DNA of 38,185 nt from Octopus sinensis (GCF_006345805.1 NW_021835882.1:1-38185), one strand, 5' to 3'; positions 1-9,788 are shown, numbered from the stretch's first letter. Translations and numbers: made by a program. The notes: generated by a model from the letters alone, not told the origin.

Positions 1-295
1 TCTATCGGTCCCTTGTGTCGAACCGCTATGTCACGGGGACATAAACACACCAGCATCGGTTGTCAAGCAATGCTAGGGGGACAAACACAGACCCACAAAC
101 ACACACACGCATATATATATGTATATATATACATATATACGACGGGCTTCTTTCAGTTTCCGTCTACCAAATCCACTCACAAGGCTTTGGTCGGCCCGAG
201 GCTATAGTAGAAGACACTTGCCCAAGGTGCCACGCAGTGGGACTGAACCCGGAACCATGTGGTTGGTAAACAAGCTACTTACCACACAGCCACTC
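1..295 (-). mobile_element. tRNA-derived SINE family B, cut by the window start
   Basis: Reverse complement matches the B copies at 12886 and 26008 (head GAGTGGCTGTGTGGTAAG...GGTTCAGTCCC, then TTGGGCAAGTGTCTTC and an internal TA/TG microsatellite). Confidence 0.9.
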
Positions 296-305
296 ATTAT
301 TTAAA

Positions 306-509
306 TTATTGACATTTGACGGATGTTTGTCCTCATCTTGTTGGTTGCTGACACGTTTTGGCTGATATACCATCCAGTCTTCATCAGGTGTCTTGGGGAG
401 GGTATATCAGCCGAAACGTTGTGTCAACAACAAACAAAATGAGGACATCCGTCAAATGTAAATAATGTAAATAATGTACATAATTCCTCATCTGTTAAAT
501 ATAGAACTG
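306..509. mobile_element. Inverted pair of family D 3' segments (Penelope-like)
   Basis: 306-398 is a minus-strand copy and 397-509 a plus-strand copy of sequence found in 7117-7247; the plus copy ends at the same ATAGAACTG boundary. Confidence 0.8.
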
Positions 510-521
510 TATTATATATAT

Positions 522-905
522 GGAAGCACTCCGTCGGTTACGACGACGAGGGTTCCAGTTGATCCGAATCAACGGAACAGCTTGCTCGTGAAATTAACGT
601 GTAAGTGGCTGAGCACTCCACAGACACGTGTACCCTTAACGTAGTTCTCGGGGATATTCAGCGTGACACAGAGAGTGACAAGGCCGGCCCTTTGAAATAC
701 AGGTACAACAGAAACAGGAAGTAAGAGTGAGAGAAAGTTGTGGTGAAAGAGTACAGCAGAGATCACCACCATCCCCTGCCGGAGCCTCGTGGAGCTTTAG
801 GGGTTTTCGCTCAATAAACACTCACAACGCCCGGTCTGGGAATCGAAACCGCGATCCTATGACCGCGAGTCCGCTGCCCTAACCACTGGGCCATTGCGCC
901 TCCAC
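522..905 (-). mobile_element. tRNA-derived SINE family C, full length, young
   Basis: A box TGGCCCAGTGG and B box GGTTTCGATTCC on the minus strand; about 9 differences from 4540-4929; low-complexity TSD ATTATATATAT at 511-521 and 907-917. Confidence 0.92.
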
Positions 906-919
906 GATTATATATATAG

Positions 920-952
<33 letters not shown>

Positions 953-1259
953 CAGACGGAGAGTGAGAGGTAGGGGAGAGAGAGAGGGTAAGGAGAGAGA
1001 GCGGGAGAAAGAGAGGGGGCGGGAGAGAGATGCGAAGTATTAAATTACTACACAGATAACAAATAAATCTGATAAGGCTATGGAAATTAATTAAATGAAA
1101 AGATATATAAAATAAAAGCATAATTCGTGGAATTCAAAGTAATGAACAATTAGATAAGCATAGCATGTATTATAGAAGATTTGGGTTCGAGTCCCACGGT
1201 CGGCTTTCGACTTTTTCTATCCAAAGACTTTTGCACACTATTATCAAAAGCACGCTAAA

Positions 1260-1470
1260 GTGGCGAGCTGGCAGAATCGTTAGCAGATCGGGCGAAATCC
1301 TTAACAGCTTCTCGTCTGCCACTACGTTCTGAGTTCAAATTCTGCCGAGATCGACTTTGCCTTCCACCTTTTCGAGGTCGATTAAATAAGTACCAGTTAC
1401 GCACTGGGATCGTTGAAATTGACTTAAACCTTTCTCCCAAGCGGCCCTTGTGGAAATATTTGAAATCCTT
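1260..1470 (+). mobile_element. tRNA-derived SINE family A
   Basis: GGCGAGCTGGCAGAATCGTTAGC head, GAGTTCAAATTC B box and GTCGATTAAATAAGTACCAG body, shared with the other A copies. Confidence 0.85.
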
Positions 1471-1647
1471 ATCCATAGCTCTATCAATTTCGAGTTCCAC
1501 CATTAAAACGGAATTATTTCATGTTCTCTCTAAGTTTCTAAATTTTTATGACGTCAACAAAATAGAAATATGTTTCTTTTGACAGAAACAAAGGGAAAAC
1601 AAATAAGCTGGGTCAGACAGGAATCTTCTGTTTTCAAATACATGTAA

Positions 1648-1965
1648 TGGATCATGACCCCGTGGTTAGAGCGTCGGGCTCACAATCCTGTAGTAGTGAG
1701 TTCGATTCCCGGACCGGGCTGTGTGTTGTCTTCTTGAGCAAGACACTTTATTTCACGATGCTCCAGTTTAATCAACTGTAGAAATGAGTTGCAACGTCAC
1801 TAGTGCCAAGCTATATTTACCTTTACTTTTCCTTGGACATCATTGGTGGCTTGAAGAGGACGAAGCAGGTATGCATGGACGACTGCTAATCTTCCATAAA
1901 CAACCTTCACAGGACTTGTGCCTCGGAGGGTAACTCTCTAGGTGCAGCCCCCTGGTAATTCATGC
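1648..1965 (+). mobile_element. SINE with a C-like tRNA head, CORE-like middle and a distinct tail
   Basis: GTGGTTAGAGCG...GAGTTCGATTCCCGGACCGGGC head; TTGAGCAAGACACTTTATTTCAC module shared with 21147-21422. Confidence 0.75.
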
Positions 1966-2640
1966 GATTATCATCATACGATTAATTGTACTGTAGTCTT
2001 CTTATTTCGGCAATTACATGTTACCACCACTAACCACCACCCAAAACTATGTGATGCACCTGTCTTTCTTCCTGTCCTCATTTCCCTCCTCTCTTGTCCT
2101 CATGTCTACCGTGGCTTCCAAACCTGCTGGAACCAGTTCGTCCGATTTTAATTTTAATTTACGAACGTCAACCCATTTCAGCTTCTGCTTCTTTTGTTAT
2201 TTGCCCGCCAATATTTATCCTACTCATATTCAAACTGGGCCGCACCTTCGGCGACGCTTTAATAGGAGTGGCACTCGGTCTGTTGCATAACCCTGTATTG
2301 GTTGTATTGTCATTGCAGGCACACACTCTAGCTGCCCCCCCCCTGACTGAATTTTAGCCGTATAAATTTTACCTGCAAAAATTATGAACACCTTCCTGTG
2401 CACGCCATATTTAAAACAAACGGTGGAGAGGCGGGTGCTAGATATAAACAGCAGAGATTTTAGATATAGAAAGAAGTTGGCACTAAAAGACATGTAGAAA
2501 GGTTCAAAGAGTTAGGAATTGCTTGTAAATGATAAAAATGCTCAGAAGAGGAGTGAGTAGAGAGAAAAGAAGGAGAAAAATAAAAATGATTTTCTGTCAT
2601 TCTCATATCCATGACAGAAAAAGAGAAGAAAAAGTATAAA

Positions 2641-2934
2641 TATTGGTTTCAAATTTTGGCACAAGGCCAGCAATTTCGGGGGAGGAGGGAAGTTGATTAT
2701 ATTTATTTCTTTATTGCCTACAGGGGACTAAACAAAGAGGGAACAAATAAGGACAGACAAAGGGATTAAGTCGATTATATCGACCCCAGTGCGTAACTGG
2801 TACTTATTTTATCGACCTCGAAAGGATGAAAGGCAAAGTTGACCTCGGTGGGATTTGAACTCAGAACGTAACGACCGACGAAATGCCACTAAGTATTTCG
2901 CTCAGCATGTTAACGATTCTGCTAGCTCGCCGCC
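2641..2934 (-). mobile_element. SINE family A with two consecutive 3' tails
   Basis: Head and body at about 2765-2934, an alternative tail at 2701-2765, then the standard A tail (GGCCTTGTGCCAAAATTTGAAACC) at 2641-2700. Confidence 0.85.
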
Positions 2935-3159
2935 CGAGATAATAACAATATTAGTGAGAAAGATGAGAAGGTAAATACTTGGAGTGTTTTAATTTCTAAT
3001 GCTATAACCTCTTAGCTGCCTTAGTTCAGCTGTGCAGCTGGTTACCTAAGGATTGCCATAAAAAAAAATTAATTGGAGCCTTGCACTTTCTAGAATCTTC
3101 TTGCATGTCATATCAGAGGAATAACATTCTGTTGTGTACCTTCGTTATACTATTCTTTC

Positions 3160-3377
3160 ATTTTTTTTCAGTCATTGGACTGTGGCCATGCTGGAGCACC
3201 GCCTTTAGTCGAAGAAATCGACCCCAGGACTTATCCTTTGTAAGCGTAGTACTTATTCCATCGGTCTTATTCCATTACCGAGCCGCTAATTTACGGGGAC
3301 CTAAACACACCAACATCGGTTGTCAAGCGATGGTGAGGGGTGGGGGACAAACACACATACATACATACATACATACA

Positions 3378-3413
<36 letters not shown>

Positions 3414-3578
3414 CATGACGGGCTTCTTTTAGTTTCCGTCTACCAAATCCACTCACAAGGCTTTGGTCGACCCCAGGCTATAGTAGAAGACACTTGCCGA
3501 AAGTGCCACGCAATGGGACTGAACCCGGAACCATGTGGTTGGGAAGCAAGCTTCTAACCACACAGCCACGCCTGCGCC
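3160..3578 (-). mobile_element. SINE family B, full length, with internal (CATA)n
   Basis: Runs from the head GGCGCAGG...GGTTCAGTCCC to the tail GGCGGTGCTCCAGCATGGCCACAGTCCAATGACTGAAA. Confidence 0.92.
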
Positions 3579-3593
3579 TATATCAACAATAAA

Positions 3594-3964
3594 TTATTAC
3601 CTCCGCTTTTGCGAAGGCGGAGGTATTATTTTCAGTCGTGTGTGTTTTTTCGTGGACCATATATCTCCAGAACCGCTGAATGGATTCGGATGAAACTTCC
3701 AGTCATGTTTGGCCTCGTGACTGGCACGAACTGATTAGATTTGGGAATGGATCCGGTACCGGACAATAATTCTGGATTATTTTTTCCTGTTTTTTATTTT
3801 TACTTAATTTTTGAGAGCGTCGGATTCATTTTTAGTACTCTCGTGTGTAAGAGCAGTCGAGTTTATTAGAGATATTCTTATTTTAAAGATCATCTCTGGC
3901 GAATCATTGAGAGGACGTTGGTGTTGCCTTGGCGAAGGTTTTGCGCTCTTTAAGTGCTCTTGTT
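3594..3964 (+). mobile_element. Non-autonomous Helentron-associated element (HINE/DINE-1-like)
   Basis: 5' TTATT-ACCTCCGC (3599-3606) with a nearby inverted copy GCGGAGGT (3617-3624); 3' subterminal inverted copy GGCGAAGGT (3931-3939) followed by a short GCGCT/AGTGC hairpin and TT. Confidence 0.65.
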
Positions 3965-4539
3965 ATAATTAAAATAAGACTTGACACCAAAGAAAATCTT
4001 TTGATATATTTTACTTGAGAGTGCTAAAAAAGTATGTGTGTGTGTGTGTGTAGGCGGGGTAAATGCTGATATATGGAACAAAATAGATAACTAATTGTTG
4101 TAAATATGTTGGATTTTTAATGATTTTATTTGATAACACAGTATTTAATGGCAATTTAGAGTTCATTTTCAGTAGCGCATTTTCAGGCAAAGAGTTTTTA
4201 GTATCTTAGGCCTAACTTCACATATAAGGCCAGGGGTGCTTTTTAATACATTTGAGAGAGGTGCATCTTATATGCCATTAAATATGATAATTTTTATAAC
4301 TAAATGTGAACTTGCTCCATAATACAGCTCGGCAAATGTTTAACTGTGAATAGACTTCCATGGAAGATAGATGATGCGAGTTTGAATACGCCTTCTTATT
4401 AATTCAGCAGAAGCGGAAGCGCTTCTCTAACTGAGCATACCAGTTTTAATATGTTAACCGGAAAAGCATCGCTAACCTTGCAAGATACTTCCTCCTAGTA
4501 TGATAAACGGAAGTGCATCACAAGTTGGACAGATTAGTA

Positions 4540-4929
4540 TGAGGAGGAAGCACTCCGCCGGTTACGACGACGAGGGTTCCAGTTGATCCGAATCAACGGA
4601 ACAGCCTGCTCGTGAAATTAACGTGTAAGTGGCTGAGCACTCCACAGACACGTGTACCCTTAACGTAGTTCTCGGGGATATTCAGCGTGACACAGAGAGT
4701 GACAAGGCCGGCCCTTTGAAATACAGGTACAACAGAAACAGGAAATAAGAGTGAGAGAAAGTTGTGGTGAAAGAGTACAGCAGGGATCACCACCATCCCC
4801 TGCCGGAGCCTCGTGGAGCTTTAGGTGTTTTCGCTCAATAAACACTCACAGCGCCCGGTCTGGGAATCGTAACCGCGATCCTATGACCGCGAGTCCGCTG
4901 CCCTAACCAGTGGGCCATTGCGCGTCCAC
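4540..4929 (-). mobile_element. SINE family C, full length, with 14-bp TSD
   Basis: Perfect TSD TGGACAGATTAGTA at 4526-4539 and 4930-4943; near-identical to 522-905. Confidence 0.95.
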
Positions 4930-5177
4930 TGGACAGATTAGTAGCCGTTATATAGTAAGCGGAAATCTGTCTCTTCTTAAGTAAACATGAAAATGTGTTC
5001 ATCGGAAATGCTTTGCTGAGTGAGTAAACTCATTCTAATAATGTTAATGAGAATTCTCTCGCTAATTTAACGAGATTCTTCTACTACGTTAATTGAAAGT
5101 GTAATGAAAGACTAAGTCAATGCAGAGAGCACACGAGCCTAGAACATTGATACACCTTAAAGTCCCAATTAATGGGC

Positions 5178-5380
5178 TGTTGTCGTTGATGTTTAGCTCC
5201 TTATCAAGCAGATCGTTGGTCGAAAGATTCCAACCGTGATCCGGACATTTCCTTATATTCAAGAAGCCCTACGCCATATTATCCAACATGTTCTAGTCTA
5301 AAACTATAGGGCATGACTTGAGGGAGATTTGGTTGCTATTTCTCGCAAGGTAATTGATCCGACCATGTAGAGGCTCTTCA
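5178..5380 (-). mobile_element. Old interspersed repeat family F
   Basis: GAGGGAGATTTGGTTGCTATTTCT...TAGAGGCTC is the reverse complement of motifs at 24059-24115; decayed (AAC)n-type tail. Confidence 0.6.
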
Positions 5381-5534
5381 TTATGGCATGTCAGTTGTTA
5401 TTCAACGCGACCGATCAACCATCTTGTTCATATCATGTCGGCTTTCGTGAAGGGAAGTGAAATTATGGTGGTGGTGATGATGATAGTATAAGTACTACAA
5501 CGATAGAATAATTTATGCTAGTTTTATCTACATC

Positions 5535-6060
5535 TCTGTGCAGCATATAAGCTACTGGGAAAGACTCAAGAGATTAAGACTCTATTCCTTAGAGCGTAGG
5601 CGAGAAAGATATGCCATAATATACATCTGGAAGATCCTAGAACGACTTGTCCCAAACTTTGGCATCGAGAGTTACACAAATGCTAGAACTGGGCGCCACT
5701 GCATGGTGCTAAGGACTCCAAATTTGCCATCAAGATGTAGGACAAGATACTGTGATAGCCTGGGCTTCAGAGGCCCACAGCTCTTCAATATCCTCCCGAA
5801 GAACCTGAGAGACCTGCATGGGGTGGATGCAGGTGTCTTTAAAATAAAACTGGATCTCTTCCTGTCAGGTGTCTCAGATGAACCAACTTCACGGCAGGAG
5901 GTGCAGATGAGGGCAGCTGCATCGAACTCTCTCATGCACCAAATGGCAGTTGCTAAAAAGCATTCGTGAAGTAAAATCATGTAGCAACACCAAATGGCGG
6001 TGCCCCAGCATGGCCACCGCTCGTGAGCTGAAACTAGATAAAATAAAAAAAATAAATAAA
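5535..6060 (+). mobile_element. 5'-truncated CR1-group LINE: ORF2 C-terminus, 3' UTR and A-rich tail
   Basis: ORF 5538-5969 contains SYWERLKRLRLYSLERRRERYAIIYIWKI and GPQLFNILPKNLR...FKIKLDLFL, typical post-RT motifs of CR1/L2-group ORF2; ends in an A-rich tail. Confidence 0.85.
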
Positions 6061-6068
6061 TCCCTGTA

Positions 6069-6149
6069 CAGTGACGTAGCTAGAGAATGTGACGCCCTTG
6101 GCACCTCATGAGTCTGCTACCCTCCTCGGACCCTAGCTACGCTACTCTG
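6069..6149. mobile_element. Possible tiny hAT-like MITE remnant
   Basis: CAGTGACGTAGCTAG (6069-6083) and imperfect inverse CTAGCTACGCTACT (6133-6146); no clear TSD. Confidence 0.35.
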
Positions 6150-6164
6150 AGAACATACAGAGGT

Positions 6165-6327
6165 ATGTTCTCAGTTCATATCCCGCCGAGTGGTCCTTGA
6201 TTTCGTCTTTTCGGGTTCAATAAAATTTGTACGCATGCATACAGATGAGGTAGGGGCTGATTGAATTGATTACCCCTCCCACTACCTACTAAAGATTTTT
6301 GGTTTTGTTCTTTTTTAATTAGAAATA
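6165..6327 (+). mobile_element. Highly decayed SINE A
   Basis: GTTCTCAGTTCATATCCCGCCGAG...TTTTCGGGTTCAATAAAAT resembles the A body. Confidence 0.4.
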
Positions 6328-6972
6328 AACATTAGTCTTGTGATACTATAGGAAATACCCAAGCATAGTACAAGTAATTAAGTATAAGTGACAGGAGTCG
6401 GATACTTTCAAATTATTTCCATTAGTAAAATGGAATTAAGTCTGTTCGACAGAAAACTAGTTTGATAGGATCTCGTAAGATAGAGTTGCAAGGTAAATTA
6501 ATTAACTTCTAATGCCGAATAATCTTTATCATTATCAAACAAAATAAACTAAATTTAAAAAAAAAACGCTGTTCCCAGGGTAACAACTCTGGTCTTGATT
6601 TTTGTTTTCTTATCTCCAGCATGTCACTTGATTTTAAAAGGTCATCATCGCCTATTTACATTGGCTTCCTGAGATGTCAGTACTAACTAGTCGATAACAT
6701 GTCAGAGTTGTCTAGCTCAAAGTAGCTATTTTTATCTATTCTAAGTTAACACTTTCACAGTAAATATAACTTTACCAGGATTATATGAAGAAGGATTATT
6801 ATAAAATAAAAAATTGTTAAACAAAAAAATATACATGAATTAATTAGGGCTTGGATAAACAATATTTGTTATTCAATATAACATTGTAAATGTATTATAT
6901 AACGCAGCTTCGATCATAGCAAACCTCCGATTGTCTTTCTAAAATGTGTTTTCTAAAATGTAAGGAAAGAGC

Positions 6973-7247
6973 GGGCGTATGGCGTAGTGGTTAAGAGCGA
7001 GGGCTACTAACCCCAAGATTCCGATTTCGATTCCAAGCAGTAACCTGAACAATAATAATAATAATAATAATTACATCGAAGAATACCTTAGGAATGAGAA
7101 CCCAGGTTCGAAATTTCCCCAAGACATCTGAAGAAGGTTGGAGGGTATATCAGCCGAAACGTTGTGTTAATAACAAACAAGATGAGGACAAATATCCGTC
7201 GAATGTAAATAATGTACATAATTCCTCATCTCTTAAATATAGAACTG
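6973..7247 (+). mobile_element. Family D: tRNA head, (AAT)n spacer and Penelope-like 3' segment
   Basis: A box TGGCGTAGTGG at 6980-6990, anticodon-like loop CTACTAA, degenerate B box TTTCGATTCC at about 7025-7034, (AAT)n at 7051-7070, then the segment also seen at 306-509. Confidence 0.8.
7123..7168 (+). ncRNA. Minimal type I hammerhead ribozyme-like motif
   Basis: Stem I GACAT/GTGTT, core CTGAAGA (7128-7134), an extra A, stem II GGTTG/CAGCC, GAAA (7156-7159), palindromic AACGTT in place of helix III; predicted cleavage after GUU at 7163. Activity untested. Confidence 0.6.
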
Positions 7248-7317
7248 AAAACAAAGACGTATTTTCAGTTATTCTTTTCCATGATTCACCTTTTGTTGTC
7301 ACACGTTTTCTATTACA

Positions 7318-7498
7318 GGTAGAACCATTAGCACGCCGGGCAACATGCTTAGCGGCATTTTGTCGATCTTCACATTCTGAGTTCAAATTACACCGAGATT
7401 GACTTTGACTTTGATCCTTTCGGGGTCGCTTAAATAAGTACTAGTCGAATAGTGGGGTCGATGTAAAATTGCTGGCCTTGTGCCAAAATTTGAAACAT
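7318..7498 (+). mobile_element. SINE family A, slightly 5'-eroded
   Basis: GAGTTCAAATT B box, CGGGGTCG..TAAATAAGTAC body, GGCCTTGTGCCAAAATTTGAAAC tail. Confidence 0.85.
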
Positions 7499-7867
7499 AT
7501 TATGTAATAAAACTAATACCTAAAAATGGTCAGAACATTTCATAGAGATTTTGCATTACAAAAATAAAATATTTCGCTGCTGTATTTGGCTTGAAAGATT
7601 CTTGATATAAACATGTGTGTTAAATAGGTTCTGTTGTATATCGGGACGGTAGTTAGGCCAATAATAAACACACACACGCTGGTTTTATTTCACTTCTTTT
7701 ATATTATTGGTCAATGCATTAACATTAAACCAAATAACTAATCATTTGATTCATTAATCGTTCGGGCCAATAAGTCAAGGTCCTTTCGTCACCATTCGCG
7801 GCCTCATGAATGATGTACCTTCGAGACTGTAATGGCAACGAATGAACTAAACCTAGCTGATTGATTA

Positions 7868-8032
7868 ACTGACAACAGGTGATGGTTTGCTTACGTCCCT
7901 GCAAATTAGCTGTTCGGTGAGAGAGAGAGTGAGGGAACAAGTGTCAAGCTTAAAAGAGTTACTAAGGTCGATTTGTTCGAATAAACACTACAAGGCGGTG
8001 CTCCAGTATGACCGCAGTCCAGAGACTGAAGA
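7868..8032 (+). mobile_element. Decayed 3' half of a B-type SINE
   Basis: TTACGTCCC...TTAGCTGTTCGG and AAGGCGGTGCTCCAGTATGACCGCAGTCCAGAGACTGAA match the B 3' region. Confidence 0.7.
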
Positions 8033-8630
8033 AATTATAACAAAAAAAGTATAAAAATATAAGAAAGCCGTCCTTGAAAGTTGAAAGATGCAATATATGT
8101 TGTTAGAAGTGCAGCGAAAAATGGAGGCGGCTTTCGCAGAAAAGCAAATACAATAATAAATAAAACTCAATGAAGAAAACTAATAACAAACACAAACAAT
8201 AATGAATATCAAGCAACAATTATGATTAGTACAGGTGGCTATGACAGGTAAGAAGTAGTGGACAGCAGGAGAACATTTACTTATCTCATCTAACATTTAT
8301 TTTAATATCGTTTACATGGGAGAGCTGCGAGCAAAAACGTTGTAAGCAGCGTCAGTTTCTATCATATTGTCTGTCAGAGTGGCTTTATGAACCGGCCATG
8401 CAACATAAACTGTAGAACAAATGTTTACTTTATCAATCCATTATATGATAAATATTAATGAGTTTATTTGAACGAGTCGTTAAAGAGCCAACTGTAATCT
8501 CTCTGGTCCCAAGCTCTCAGAGTTCAAATACTACCATGATCAACCTTACCCCGAATATCAGTCTCTGTGAGGATATTTAGACCTCTTATGGGGATAATTT
8601 TATCCAAGATTCACTGTGTAATATATATAC

Positions 8631-8968
8631 TCCGGTGACAACAGGATCAATGTGGAAGAAGAAAAAATAAATAACTATGACGATTTGAAGTGGGAAATGC
8701 GAAGGTTGCGATCATTGAAGAGAGTAGATGTGATACCAGTAGTAATTGGTGGACTTGGAAGTATCAGCACTCAACTACCAACATCGCTGAAAAAGGTCGG
8801 TGCAAGTGTGAAGGTAGAATACCAACAAAAATCAGCATTGCTTGGGACTGCAAGAATTCTTCGCTGGGTTCTTGAAGCATGGTCTGTGAAACAAGTGACA
8901 CCTTAGTCTGCTGGCTGTGGACAGCTGACACTTTTCATCATAACCAGCAATATAAGCTGTGAGTTTTC

Positions 8969-8970
<2 letters not shown>
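8631..8970 (+). mobile_element. R4/Dong-clade non-LTR retrotransposon 3' end (restriction-like endonuclease C-terminus and 3' UTR)
   Basis: GDNRINVEEEKINNYDDLKWE...VIPVVIGGLG...QKSALLGTARILRWVL, followed directly by (TAA)n at 8971-9025, the known Dong target. Confidence 0.85.

Positions 8971-9025
<55 letters not shown>
8971..9025. repeat. (TAA)n microsatellite
   Basis: Directly visible; shared as tail by the R4/Dong fragment and the adjacent SINE A. Confidence 0.97.
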
Positions 9026-9026
<1 letters not shown>

Positions 9027-9237
9027 CCTTTCTACTATAAGCACAAGGCCTGAAATTTTGGGAAGAGAACCAGTCGATTAGATCGACCCCTGTACGCAAT
9101 TGGTACTTAATTTATCGACCCCGAAAGGATGAAAGGCAAAGTTGACCTCGGTGGAATTTGAACTCAGAACGTAGAGACAGACGAAATACCGCTAAGCATT
9201 TCACTTTGCGTTCTAACGATTCTACCAGCTCGCCGCC
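9026..9237 (-). mobile_element. SINE family A, full length
   Basis: Reverse complement runs GGCGGCGAGCTGGTAGAATCGTTAG ... GGCCTTGTGCTTATAGTAGAAAGG into (ATT)n. Confidence 0.9.
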
Positions 9238-9239
9238 TG

Positions 9240-9314
<75 letters not shown>

Positions 9315-9326
9315 CATAATAATAAT

Positions 9327-9755
9327 AAGATGGGCTACAGCAAATATTCTGCTCAATACCACAGATTTACTTTTCAGTTGTTTGACCTTAACCAGTTGAA
9401 CATATCCCTTAGTGGCTGACGATATGTGCATCTCTGATCACAAGCAGAAGTAGTTGGGGAGCCGTGCGGAATTTTGCAGGGTTTGAATAATTCGCCTCTT
9501 CAAACATGGGTGTTTTGTTCATCATCCTTAAACAACCCTTATTCAAGGATCTTTTGAGCGGGATGGGCTACTCGACCAGAAGAAAATTCTATTTGGACCC
9601 CACCTGCAAGGTCATGCGCTGTTAATCTTGATATAAGATTACTATGTCACGCACATATGGTTGAGATGCATGTGCCTGGAAGTCATGATGGGTATACTGG
9701 GCTTCGTGTATTTTACCCCGGTGTCACTTTGATGACATGCTCTGTTTTTTCACAC

Positions 9756-9757
<2 letters not shown>
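9327..9757 (+). mobile_element. Family E repeat, 5'-truncated
   Basis: Colinear with 9788-10302 but lacking roughly the first 90 nt; ends in (TAA)n. Strand inferred from the truncation and tail. Confidence 0.85.

Positions 9758-9787
<30 letters not shown>

Positions 9788-9788
<1 letters not shown>

Noticed and set aside
569-4845. Duplicated 61-67 aa ORFs at 569-821 and 4593-4845, and recurring ORFs with DGLLSVSVYQIHSQGFG
   Set aside because: They lie inside SINE C and SINE B copies; recurrence reflects the repeat, not a gene family.
6973-7045. tRNA gene (also 28303-28378 and the GGTTCGAGTCCC B box near 1184)
   Set aside because: Acceptor and anticodon stems do not pair properly, there is no poly-T terminator, and the heads run into repeat bodies; these are SINE heads or relics.
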